The notes: generated by a model from the sequence alone, not told the origin. DNA of 37,723 bases from Chiloscyllium plagiosum (GCF_004010195.1 NW_025215255.1:40037-77759), one strand, 5' to 3'; shown: positions 23,701 to 35,129, counted from the first letter of the stretch. Numbers and translations: made by a program.

Positions 23701-26687
23701 CGGGGTTTTAGATTCAATGCACTGCTGTGTCTGCACAGCTCCCCGTGCTGGACAGATATCAAATCCGGGTTTGTAGATCAATGCACTGCTGTGGTCTGCA
23801 CAGCATTCGGTGCTGGAGAGATATCTAGTCCGGGTTATCTCATCTGGGGTCTGTCGATCAATGCACTGCTGTGGTCTGCATAGCTCCCCGTTCTGGACAG
23901 ATATATAATCCGGGGTTTGCAGATCAATGTACTGCTGTGGTCTGCACGGTTCCCCGTACTGGACAGGTATCTCGTCCGGGGTTATAGATCAATTCACTGC
24001 TGTGGTCTGCACAGCACTTGGTGCTGCACAGATATCTAATCCGGGGTCTGTAGATCAATGCACTGCTGTGGTCTGCACAGCTCCCCGTGCTGGACAGATA
24101 TCTAGTCCGGGGTTTGTAGATCAATGCACTGCTGTGTTCGGCACAGCTCCCCGTGCTGGACAGATATCTCGTCCGGGTTTATAGATCAATGCACTGCTGT
24201 GGTCTGCCCAGCTCACCGTCCTGGACAGATATCTAGACCGGGGTTTGTAGATCAATGCACTGCTGTAATCTGCACAGCACTCGGTGCTGGAGAGATATCT
24301 ACTCCGGGTTTGTAGATCAATGCACTGCTGTGGTCTGCACAGCTCCCCGTGCTGGACAGAAATCTAGTCATGATTTGTAGATCAATGCACTACTGTGGTC
24401 TGCATAGCTCCCCGTTCTGGACAGATATCTAATCCGGGGTTTTTAGATCAATGCACTGCTGTGGTCTGCACGGTTCCCCGTACTGGACAGGTATCTAGTC
24501 CGGGGTTATAGATCAATGCACTGCTGCGGTCTGCACAGCACTTGGTGCTGGACAGATATCTAGTCCGGGTTTGTAGATCAATGCACTGCTGTGGTCTGCA
24601 AAGCTCCCCGTGCTGGACAGATATCTCGTCCGGGTTTATAGATCAATTCACTGCTGTGGTCTGCACTTCCTCCCGTGATGGACAGATATCTAGTCCGGCT
24701 TTACAGATCAATGCACTGCTGTGGTGTACACAGTCCTACATGTTTGGAGGGTAACTGCTCCTGGTTTGCAGATTAATTCACTGGAGATCACTGCACAGGT
24801 CGCTGTGCTGATCAGACGATGTGGTTGAGGTTTATAGATAATGTTCTGTTGTGATCTGCACAGTTCCCCGTGCTGGACAGATATCTAATCCGGGTTTATA
24901 GATCAATGCACTGCTGTGGTCTGCACAGCTCCCCGTGCTGGACAGATATCTCGTCCGGGTTTATAGATCAATTCACTGCTGTGGTCTGCACATCTCCCCG
25001 TGATGGACAGATATCTAGTCCGGGGTTATAGATCAATGCACTGCTGTGGTCGTCACGGCTCCCCGTGCTGGACAGTTATACAATCCGGGGTTATAGATCA
25101 ATGCACTGCTGTGGTCTGCACAGCTCCCCGTGCTGGACAGATATCTAGTCATGATTTGTAGATCAATGCACTACTGTGGTCTGCATAGCTACCCGTTCTG
25201 GACAGATATCTAATCCGGGGTTTTTAGATCAATGCACTGCTGTGGTCTGCACGGCTCCCCGTACTGGACAGGTATCTAGTCCGGGATTATAGATCAATGC
25301 ACTGCTGTGTTCTGCACAGCACTTGGTGCTGCACAGATATCTAATCCGGGGTCTATAGATCAATGCACTGTTGTGGTCTGCACAGCTCCCCGTGCTGGAC
25401 AGATATCTCGTCCGGGGTTGGTAGATCAATGCACTGCTGTTGTCTGCACAGCTCCCCGTGCTGGACAGATATCTAGACCGGGGTTATAGATCAATGCACT
25501 GCTGTAATCTGCACAGCACTCGGTGCTGGAGAGATATCTAGTCCGTGTTTGTAGATCAATGCACTGCTGTGGTCTGAACAGCTCCCCGTGCTGGACAGAT
25601 ATCTCGTCCGGGTTTATAGATCAATTCACTGCTGTGGTCTGCACTTCTCCCCGTGATGGACAGATATCTAGTCCGGCTTTACAGATCAATGCACTGCTAT
25701 AGTGTACACAGTCCTACATGTTTGGAGGGAAACTGCTCCTGGTTTGCAGAATAATTCACGGGAGATCACTGCACATGTCGCTGTGCTGATCAGACTATGT
25801 GGTTGAGGTTTAAAAAATAATGTTCTGTTGTGGTCTGCACAGTTCCCCTTGCTGGACAGATATCTAAACCGGGTTTATAGATCAATGCACTGCTGTGGTC
25901 TGCACGGATCCCCGTGCTGGACAGATATCTAATCCCGGATTATAGATCAATGCACTGCTGTGAGCTGCACAGCCCGCTGTGCTGGACAGATATCTAATCC
26001 GGGGTTATAGATCAATGCACTGCTGTGATCTGCACAGCACTCTGTGCCGGACAGATATCTAGTCCGGGTTTGTAGATTAATGCAATGCTGTGGTCTGCAC
26101 AGCTCCCCGTGCTGGACAGATATCAAATCCGGGGTTGTAGATCAATGCACTGCTGTAGCCAGCACAGCTCCCCGTGCTGGACAGATATCTAGTCCGGGGT
26201 TATAGATCAATGCACTGCTGTGGTCTGCACAGCTCCCCGTCCTGGACAGATATCTAGTCCGGGTTTTTAGATCAATGCACTGCTGTGGTCTGCCCAGCTC
26301 CCCGTCCTGGACAGATATCTAGACCGGGGTTTGTAGATCAATGCAATGCTGTAATCTGCACAACACTCGGTGCTGGAGAGATATCCAGTCCGGGTTTGTA
26401 GATCAATGCACTGCTGTGGTCTGCACAGATCCCCATGCTGGACAGATATCTCGTCCGGGTTTATAGATCAATTCACTGCTGTGGTCTGCACTTCTCCCCG
26501 TGATGGACAGGTATCTAGTCCGGCTTTACAGATCAATGCACTGCTATCGTGTACACAGTCCTACATGTTTGGAGGGTAACTGCTCCTGGTTTGCAGATTA
26601 ATTCACGGGAGATCACCGCACAGGTCGCTGTGCTGGACAGACTATGTGGTTGAGGTTTATAGATTAATGCACTGCTGTGGTCTGCAC
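17791..26687. repeat. 65-66-bp satellite array, mostly type B monomers (~135 copies), with higher-order structure; runs into a gap
   Basis: Consensus tagatcaatgcactgctgtggtctgcacagctccccgtgctggacagatatctagtccggggtta; anchors at 17915, 17980, 18045, 18110, 18175 and 18240. Confidence 0.98.
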
Positions 26688-27433
26688 NNNNNNNNNNNNN
26701 NNNNNNNNNNNNNNNNNNNNNNNNNNNNNNNNNNNNNNNNNNNNNNNNNNNNNNNNNNNNNNNNNNNNNNNNNNNNNNNNNNNNNNNNNNNNNNNNNNNN
26801 NNNNNNNNNNNNNNNNNNNNNNNNNNNNNNNNNNNNNNNNNNNNNNNNNNNNNNNNNNNNNNNNNNNNNNNNNNNNNNNNNNNNNNNNNNNNNNNNNNNN
26901 NNNNNNNNNNNNNNNNNNNNNNNNNNNNNNNNNNNNNNNNNNNNNNNNNNNNNNNNNNNNNNNNNNNNNNNNNNNNNNNNNNNNNNNNNNNNNNNNNNNN
27001 NNNNNNNNNNNNNNNNNNNNNNNNNNNNNNNNNNNNNNNNNNNNNNNNNNNNNNNNNNNNNNNNNNNNNNNNNNNNNNNNNNNNNNNNNNNNNNNNNNNN
27101 NNNNNNNNNNNNNNNNNNNNNNNNNNNNNNNNNNNNNNNNNNNNNNNNNNNNNNNNNNNNNNNNNNNNNNNNNNNNNNNNNNNNNNNNNNNNNNNNNNNN
27201 NNNNNNNNNNNNNNNNNNNNNNNNNNNNNNNNNNNNNNNNNNNNNNNNNNNNNNNNNNNNNNNNNNNNNNNNNNNNNNNNNNNNNNNNNNNNNNNNNNNN
27301 NNNNNNNNNNNNNNNNNNNNNNNNNNNNNNNNNNNNNNNNNNNNNNNNNNNNNNNNNNNNNNNNNNNNNNNNNNNNNNNNNNNNNNNNNNNNNNNNNNNN
27401 NNNNNNNNNNNNNNNNNNNNNNNNNNNNNNNNN

Positions 27434-27822
27434 AAGATTTGCTTTCCCAAAATGCAGCACCTCGCATTTACCTGAATTAAACTCCATCTGCCACTTCTCA
27501 GCCCATTGGCCCACGTGATCAAGATCCTGTTGTAATCTGAGGTAACCTTCTTCGCTGTCCACGACACCTCCAATTTTGGTGTCATCTGCAAACTTACTAA
27601 CTATACCTCTTCTGCTCACATCCAAATAATTTATATAAATGACGAAAAGTAGTGGACCCAGCACCAATCCTTGTGGCACTCCACTGGTCACAAGCCTCCA
27701 GTCTGAAAAACAGCCCTCCATCTTCTACCTTTGAGCCAGTTCTGTATCTAAATGGCTAGCTCTCCCTGTATTCCAGGAGATCTAACCTTGCTTACCAGAC
27801 TCCCATGGGGAGCCTTGTCCTT
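27434..27822 (-). mobile_element. CR1 RT core fragment
   Basis: Peptide FSDWRLVTSGVPQGLVLGPLLFVIYINYLD..SKFADDTKIGGVVDSEEG. Confidence 0.95.
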
Positions 27823-28309
27823 CATAGGAATCTCCAACCACTAATGGGAATTGAACCCATACTATTGGCATCACCCTACTCTGTAAACCAATGATACAGA
27901 CAATTGAGCTAAACCAATTCCCACTGAAGGCACTAGATTGGACTGTTAAACAAAACTTAACAATGAGCCACTTAAGGCTACATGAGGACATAATCACAAG
28001 TTTTGTCAAAGAAGGTTTTAAATAGTGTAAAGAGAAACGCACAAAACAAAGTGCATGTGATAGACTCACTCGAAAATGACTGCAAAAATATAGCATGAAT
28101 GGTTTTATATTTTAATTCCATGCAATCAATATCCTTGACTCATTTTGTGATACAGCTGTTTAAATGAAGGAATTGGAGTTAAAAATGTAAAATGCCACAG
28201 ATTATGACCTTCCAAAGTTCAAATTTAATAAGTAGCTTCAATAAAAATTGGTTTAATTGAGTATTGAACTTTTGTGCATGTCGGATATTCAAATGTCAAA
28301 AAGAAATAA

Positions 28310-28655
28310 GAAAGAACTTTGTTTCATTTTGCACGTCTTAACCACCAGATGTCCCCAAGGAGATTTACAGCCAAAGAAATTCAGACAATGCTGCAATGTA
28401 GCAAATGACATTTAATGTTAATTTAAACTCAGTAAGAGTGAGATCATCCGATATTGTGCTTTTGTGATATTCATTAAGGGATTAAGGTTAGTCAGGGTAT
28501 CTGAGATAACTCTCCTGGTGCTCTTTGAATTGTGCTCTGGCATCTTTTTATGTCCACACAAGAGAAAAGACAAAAGTTTGGCTCAGTACTTCAGCTAAAA
28601 GTCAATGTCTCTGCCAATGCAGCATTCTCACTGTGCTGATAACGTCAGCCCAGAC
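28310..28655 (-). mobile_element. Highly diverged Deu-domain SINE
   Basis: ggcatctttttatgtccacacaagag..ctctgccaatgcagcattctc resembles the AmnSINE1/SacSINE1-type domain (from recall) and 29335-29430. Confidence 0.5.
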
Positions 28656-28687
28656 CGACCTAAATCCTTACTTAAACCTATGACAAT

Positions 28688-28872
28688 ATGTGCTTAAAAA
28701 TGTGTTGCTGAAAAAGCGCAGCAGGTCAGGCAGCATCAAAGGAACAGGAGAATTGATGCTTATGCCCGAACCGTCGATTCTCCTGTTCCTTGGATGCTGC
28801 CTGACCTGCTGCGCTTTTCCAGCAACACATTTTTAAGCTCTGATCTCCAACATCTGCAGTCCTCACTTTTTC
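28688..28872 (+). mobile_element. Fold-back Penelope-derived mini-element with a target-site duplication
   Basis: ~65-bp inverted arms (cttaaaaatgtgttgctg..ggagaattgatg / cgtcgattctcc..cagcaacacatttttaag), flanked by the direct repeat cctatgacaat at 28677-28687 and 28873-28883. Confidence 0.8.
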
Positions 28873-29094
28873 CCTATGACAATCTGTACCTGCAGAAAGG
28901 ATTTTTCAACAGTGAATGTAGAGAAGATAGAGTTCTGTTCAAAACACGTATTGTTCTAGAATGTGTTCCTTAGGTCAAGGGAGAGAAGATTTGATTAAGG
29001 ATACTCAAAATCATGAATGGATTTGATGGTGGAAAGTACAAATTATTTCCAGCCAAGATTTAAGGTAATTAAAGAGTGAAGAAGTGAAAAAAAA

Positions 29095-29480
29095 ACCTTG
29101 AATTTGCACACTGTCCTTCACAACAGCAGGACGTCAGCATTTTCCAGGTAATTAAGTGTCTCCAAAGCATTGTCACTGTGGTAATGTAGGCATGTAGGCC
29201 ACAGCCAATTTGCTCCAAGTATGTTTCCACAATCATCAGTGCAACAAAGACCTGATAATTTATTTTTGTGATTATTGATTGAGTGATGACTATGGACCAC
29301 AACATCAGAAATAATTCCCCTCCCCTTAGAAGCAGCATCATGGAATCTTTCATATCCATTTAAGAGGGCAGAGCGGTCCTCCATCGCAGCTGATAGACAG
29401 CTCCTCCAACAATGCAACATTCCTTCAGAAATTCACCAAAGTTTCAGCCGAGATTCGTATGCTCTTGTCATGCAGTGGGG
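29095..29480 (-). mobile_element. Deu-domain SINE (SacSINE1/AmnSINE1-like)
   Basis: catggaatcttcatatccatttaagagggcaga..ctccaacaatgcaacattccttcag matches the recalled DeuSINE consensus. Confidence 0.65.
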
Positions 29481-29734
29481 ATTATAATTAACTAGCTAAG
29501 TGACAGTTTACACATGAGCAAAACAGTTACAGGGTCATGGTGAACAAGAAGGGAAATGGAGTTAATGGGATAGCTCGCCCAAAGAACCAGCACAGAAATC
29601 TTTGGATGAGAGGCTTAACTTTACTGTCATTCTACAATTCTATAGTAAATGCTAATGAAGACATGTGTTATCAAGATTCACAGAAATGTGCTTTTCACAT
29701 GCTTGTCTTGAAAAATGAAACTTTACACATTTTG

Positions 29735-30038
29735 CCATGGGACATTCGTGCCACACAAATGTCTGGCAATGAGCATCTCCAATAAGAGAAAATCTAACCA
29801 CTGCGTCTTAATATTCAAAGGTGTTACCATCACTGAATCCCCCACTATCATCATCATGGGGATTTACCATTGACAAGAAATTCAACTGCACTCATCATAT
29901 AAATACAGTGACTACAGTGAGCAGGTCAGAGACTAGGAATATTGCAGCAGATAACTCAACACCTGACTCCCCAAAAACTGCCTACTATCTAGAAGGCACA
30001 AGTTAGGAATGTGATAGAATATTCCCCACTTGACTGGT
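29735..30038 (+). mobile_element. L2/CR1-clade LINE ORF2 C-terminal fragment
   Basis: Frameshifted reading PHKCLAMSISNKR..TITESPTI..GFTIDKKFNCTHHINTV..AQVRNVIEYSPLDW. Confidence 0.75.
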
Positions 30039-30039
30039 C

Positions 30040-30250
30040 ACTAAGGAAAAGGTGCTAGGGAAACTTAAAGATCTGAAAGTGAATAAATCACCCGATTGAA
30101 AGGACTGCACCCCAGAGTTCTGAAGAAAATAGCTCAGGATATTGTGGAGGCATTGAGGGTGATCTTTCAGGAATCACTGGAATTAGGGAGAGTCCCAGAG
30201 GACTGGAACATGGCTAATTTAACACCCCTGGTTAGCAAGGGAGGAATAGA
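30040..30250 (+). mobile_element. CR1 ORF2 fragment
   Basis: Peptide GLHPRVLKKIAQDIVEALRVIFQESLELGRVPEDWNMANLTPL. Confidence 0.88.
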
Positions 30251-30294
30251 CAAAAAAAAACTGCAGATGCTGAAATCTAGGGTAAACATGCAAG

Positions 30295-31133
30295 ATGTTT
30301 AACTTTAACGTGAGCAAGTGCGAGGTCTTGCACTTTGGGAAAAAGAATAGAAGCATGGATTACTTTCTAAACGGTGAGAAAATTCGTAAAGCCAAAGTAC
30401 AGAGGGATCTGGGAGTGCTAGTTGAGGATTCTCTAAAGGTAAACATGCAGGTTGAGTCCGTGATTAAGAAAGCGAATGCAGTGTTGTCTCTTATCTCAAG
30501 AGGGTTGGAATATAAAAGCAGAGATGTACTACTAAGACTTTATAAAGCTCTGGTTAGGCCCCATTTGGAGTACTGTGTCCAGTTTTGGTCCCCACACCTC
30601 AGGAAGGACATACTGGCACTGGAACGTGTCCAGCGGAGATTTACACGGATGATCCCTGGAATGACAGGTCTAACATATGAGGAATGGCTGAGGATACTGG
30701 GATTGTATTCGTTGGAGTTTAGAAGATTAAGGGGAGACTTAATAGAGGCGTACAAAATAATACATGGCTTGGAAAAGGTGGATGCTAGGAAATTGTTTCC
30801 GTTAGACGAGGAGACTAGGACCCGTGGACACAGCCTTAGAATTAGAGGGGGTCATTTCAGAACAGAAATGCGGAGACATTTCTTCAGCCAGAGAGTGGTG
30901 GGCCTGTGGAATTCATTGCCACGGAGTGCAGTGGAAGCCGGGACGCTAAATGTCTTCAAGGCCGAGATTGATAGATTCTTGTTGTCTAGAGGAATTAAGG
31001 GCTACGGGGAGAATGCTGGTAAGTGGAGCTGAAATGCGCATCAGCCATGATTGAATGGCGGAGTGGACTCGATGGGCTGAATGGCCTTACTTCCACTCCT
31101 ATGTCATATGGTCTTATGGTCTTATGGTCTTAT
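30295..31133 (+). mobile_element. Young 5'-truncated CR1 LINE with an uninterrupted ORF2 C-terminus and (ATGGTCTT)n tail
   Basis: A 245-aa open frame (FNVSKCEVLHFG..LYKALVRPHLEYCVQFWSP..RVVGLWNSLP), a 3' UTR and three 8-bp terminal repeats. Confidence 0.96.
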
Positions 31134-32070
31134 CATTGATTTAAATGATTTAGATGTGAACATAGGAGGTCTGCAGATTACACCAAAATTGGAGGTGTAG
31201 TGGACAGCAAAGAAGGTTACCTCAGAATACAACATGATCTTGATCAAATGGGCCAATGTGCTGAGGAGTGACGGATGGCATTTAATTTAGATAAATATGA
31301 GGTGCTGCATTTTGGAAAGACAAATCAGGGCAGGACTTATACACTTAATAGTAAGATCCTGGGGAGTGTTGCTGAACAAAGAGACCTTGGAGTGTAGTTT
31401 CATACTTCTTTGAAAGTGGAGTCACAGGTAGATAGGATAGTGAAGAAGACCTTTGGTATGCTTTCCTTTATTGGTCAGTGCATTGAGTATAGGAGTTGGC
31501 AAGTCATGCTGCAGCTAAACAGGATATTAATTAGGTGACTTTTGGAATATTGCATTCAATTCTGGTCTCCCTGCAATAGAAAGAATGTTGTGAAACTTGA
31601 AAGGGTCCAGAAAAGATTTACAAGGATGTTGCCAGTGTTGGGAGGTTTGAGCTTCAGGGTAAACTGAACAGGCTGGGGTTGGTTTCCCTGGAATGTCTGA
31701 TGCTGAGGGGTGACCTTATAGAGGTTTCTAAAACCATGACAGGCGTGTATAAACTGAATAGCCAAGGTCTTTTCTCTAGGGTGAGGAGTCCAAAACTTAA
31801 GTGCAAATGTTTAAGGTGAGAGGGGAAAGATTTAAAAGGAACCAAAAGGGCAACTTTTTCACACAGAGGGTGAGCTGCCAGGAGAAGAGGTGGAGGCTAG
31901 TACTGTTACAACATTTAAAAGGCATCTGGATAGGTATATGAATAGGAAGTGATTAGAGGGAGATGGGCCAAATGGAACTAGATTTATTTAGGTTATCTGG
32001 TCAGCATGGACGAGTTGGACCACAGGATCTGTTTCTCTGCTGTATATCTTTATAGCTGTATGACTCTAAT
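31134..32070 (+). mobile_element. CR1 3' fragment
   Basis: A decayed ADDTKIGGVVDS, KYEVLHFGK and EYCIQFWSP; ends ctgtatgactcta. Same subfamily as 27434-27822 and 37018-37723. Confidence 0.92.
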
Positions 32071-32199
32071 TATCTTAAAACTCATTATATTGTGGTCACA
32101 ATTAGAGCAATTTCCTTCTGTTTCCTTTTCTGATCTGTTTTATTCATTCCCAGTGTTCATTACTGTATTTGATCCAATAGCAAGTTTTCACTCCTTAGA

Positions 32200-34222
32200 T
32201 ACATTAAATACTGGGATGGAAAGGAATCTTATCAATGACTAGGCATGGAAGCTAAAGATAATATATTGTAAAGGAAAATGGCAGGCTTCAAGATTAGGAA
32301 ACTACTTAGGGGCAACAAACGTTTATTTAAAAACTCATGAAACAAGCAGAGGTAAATAAGAAAACTAATGCAAAATATAACAATGAATAGCAAAAGCTTC
32401 TGTCAGTATATACAAGCAAGGAGAATAGCTTCAGTGAATATCGGTCTCTAGGAAGATGAGACTGAGGAGTAAATAGTGGCAAATTTTGAGGAGATACTAA
32501 ATCAATATTTAGCTTCACTTTACACTCGTACCATTCCAATAGTAATAGGTGATCCAGAGGTTACAGAAAGGAAGGAAGCTCAAATAATCATCATGACTCG
32601 GGAAAAGGTACTAAGCAAACTATTCCGACTGAAAGCATTAAAAGGCCTTTTAAGGCCTCATGGCCTGCATGCTATGACATGGCAGCAGAGGTCCATTGGT
32701 TATAATATTCTAAAATTCCCTGGATGCAGTAAAGGTTCGAGTGGATTGGAAAAATGCTGGTATAACACCCTTATTCATAAAGGGAGGAAGGCAGAAAGTA
32801 GGAACCTACAATCCAGTTAGTTTAATGGACATCATTAGGAAATGTTTGGAATTCATTCTTAAAGAAGTAATAACTGGACATTTGGAAAGTCAAAATACAG
32901 AGTTAACATAGTTTTATGAAGAGTAAATCATGTTTTCTAGAGATCTCCAACAAGTAATATTTATAATGGGAATCCTGCAGATATTTATCTGAACTTCCAG
33001 AAGGCATTTGATCAGGTGGCACACAAAAGGTTAATACATATGGTAAGATCACATCGGATTAGAGGCAATTTATCAGCTTCGAAGGAGGATAAGCTCACCA
33101 AGGAAGCGGCGAATCAGAATAAATGGGTCTTTTAATGATTGGCAAGATGTAACCAGTGGATGTGGGCGGCACGGTGGCACAGTGGTTAGCACTGCTGCCT
33201 CGCAGCGCCAGAGACCCGGGTTCAATTCCCGCCTCAGGCGAATGACTGTGTGGAGTTTGCACGTTCTCTCCGTGTCTGCGTGGGTTTCCTCCGGGTGCTC
33301 CGGTTTCCTCCCACAGTCCAAAGATGTGCAGGTCAGGTGAATTGGCCATGCTAAATTGCCCGTAGTGTTAGGTAAGGGGCAAATGTAGGGGTATAGGTGG
33401 GTTGCACTTCGGCGGGTCGGTGTGGACTTGTTGGGCCGAAGGGCCTGTTTCCACACTGTAATGTAATCTAATCTAATCTAATCTAGTGGAGTGCCACAGG
33501 GTTTAGTCCTTGAGCCATAACTGCTTTACAGTGCATATTACTGACATGGACATGGGGATAGAAAATACTACAGCCAAATTTGCAGGTGATACTAAAACAG
33601 GTGGGAAAATAAGTTGCAATGAAGAAATCAGAGATTTACAAGTGGAAATGGATAGGTAAGGTGAATGGGTCAAAATGTAGTAGGTGAAGTTAAACTTAGA
33701 TAATTGTGAGGTTATCAATTTTTGTCAGAGGAACAAAAAGTCAACTTATTAACTAAATGGAGAAGAACCTCAGAGTGCTTCAATGCAGAGGGGTCTGGGT
33801 GCCCTTGTGTATGAATCGCACAAAACTCATACGCAGGTACAGCAGGTAATATCGAAAGCAAACAAAACTTTAGCATTTATTGCTAAAAGAATAGGTACAG
33901 AAGGAGGAAATTTGCTGCAAATGTACAAGTGAGCCCACACCTGGAGTATAGTGTGCAATTTTGGTCCTCTTACTTGAGGAGGAGTGTACTTACATTGGAT
34001 TGATTCAGAGATGAGGAATGTGTCTTATGAAGAGAGATTGAGCAGTTTAGGCCTATACACTCCAGCACTTAGGAGAATGAGAAGAGTTCTAATTGAGGTA
34101 AGTAAAATAGTAAAGAGGATTGACAAAATACATAGGATGTTTCCTAATTTGGGGCAATCTAGAACAAGTGGTCATAGTTTTATGATAAAGCATAGCAGAT
34201 TTAAAACAGAGATGAGGAGAAA
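32200..34222 (+). mobile_element. Older degenerate CR1 ORF2 interrupted by a V-SINE
   Basis: Remnants NYNPVSL-like, YLNFQKAFDQVAH, DVTSG/VPQG split by the SINE, AKFAGDTK and PHLEYSVQFW. Confidence 0.88.
33161..33484 (+). mobile_element. Full-length young V-SINE (HE1-like) with a 6-bp TSD
   Basis: A box TGGCACAGTGG, B box GGTTCAATTCC, V domain, CR1-like tail and (CTAAT)n end; AGTGGA is duplicated at 33155-33160 and 33485-33490. Confidence 0.95.
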
Positions 34223-34279
34223 AGGAGAGAAGGAGAAGTAGGGAGGTAGTATAAATGCCTCCCTATTTCTCCTTTTTTT

Positions 34280-34378
34280 AACTTTGACAAAGGGTCAGTT
34301 TGATTTGAAATGTCAGCTCTTTTCTCTCCTTACAGATGCTGCCAGACTTGCTGAGATTTTCCAGCATTTTCTCTTTTA
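34280..34378 (+). mobile_element. Penelope-like tail fragment with a decayed hammerhead
   Basis: ttgacaaagggtca..tgaaatgtcagctc..gatgctgccagacttgctgagattttccagca parallels the tails at 35720-35840 and 28770-28870. Confidence 0.6.
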
Positions 34379-35129
34379 TAGTTGGAATCTCCTTCCTCTT
34401 CAGTGTTGGGTTGGGTTTCTTCCATGATCTTGCAGGTCAGACTGGATCTTCTCTCTCTCTTTCTCAGTGTCTCTCCAGAAGGACAGCATAATGAAGAGTA
34501 ACTGCAGGGCAGCAGTGAGAAATGGTATAAATACATGAGGGTTAGTATAAGTGTTCAATTTGCAGGAAGGAATGTAAGGAGGTGTCAGGAGAGAGAGAAA
34601 CAAGTAGATTTGCAAGTTGTGTTGGTTTGGGGGAGTGCTTTGCAAGCGTAAGTTAAAATTGTGGGAACTGAATCTATAAACAGCATAAGCTCTTCAGGCC
34701 TTTGACCCGAATAGTAAACTGACTTCATTTTCAAAGCGCTACAATCCTGCAGCTCAATTTCTCAGCTACTTCTATCCAAGCCTGTGTTTTAACAGGCTGG
34801 CTACATCCTTCATTTCTTGGGATGTATCAGTGCACTTGGTCCCCCAGTTCCCACAGTACTGTGTCCTGCAAAGACTTGTACTCTTGGGAAGAGAGACTAC
34901 ACTGTAGTTCTGTGGCTGCTGAAACTTCTGGAATAAATGTGCATATCAGTGGTCAGTCAAATGCTTCCGGACGCTGCAGATGTTAGCAATGACCAGCCAT
35001 GAGAGCCTGAACTACAGGGGAAATTTTGTTGATAGAATTCAGTGCAACATTCAACCCACCATCTCAGATTGGGAGGGAGCACAGAAGCAGGGTCTATGTC
35101 TGAAACCATTTATTTACTGATGTACTAGG

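Noticed and set aside
17533..26579. Cys-rich ORFs in the array as a repeat protein
   Set aside because: The 65-bp period is not a multiple of 3, so the frame cycles and stops recur. No consistent splice sites were seen.
17271..26687. CRISPR array
   Set aside because: The segments between the constant anchors are homologous to each other rather than unique spacers. The context is vertebrate and there are no cas genes.
8542..27721. Long ORFs containing X runs
   Set aside because: These are artefacts of translating through N gaps.
30295..31032. 245-aa ORF as a host gene
   Set aside because: It is the C-terminus of CR1 ORF2, with no genuine start codon and a LINE tail.
33164..33240. tRNA gene
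   Set aside because: The A/B boxes belong to the V-SINE head, which continues into a SINE body and tail.
34230..34280. Rho-independent terminator
   Set aside because: The context is eukaryotic; it is retained only as a junction hairpin.
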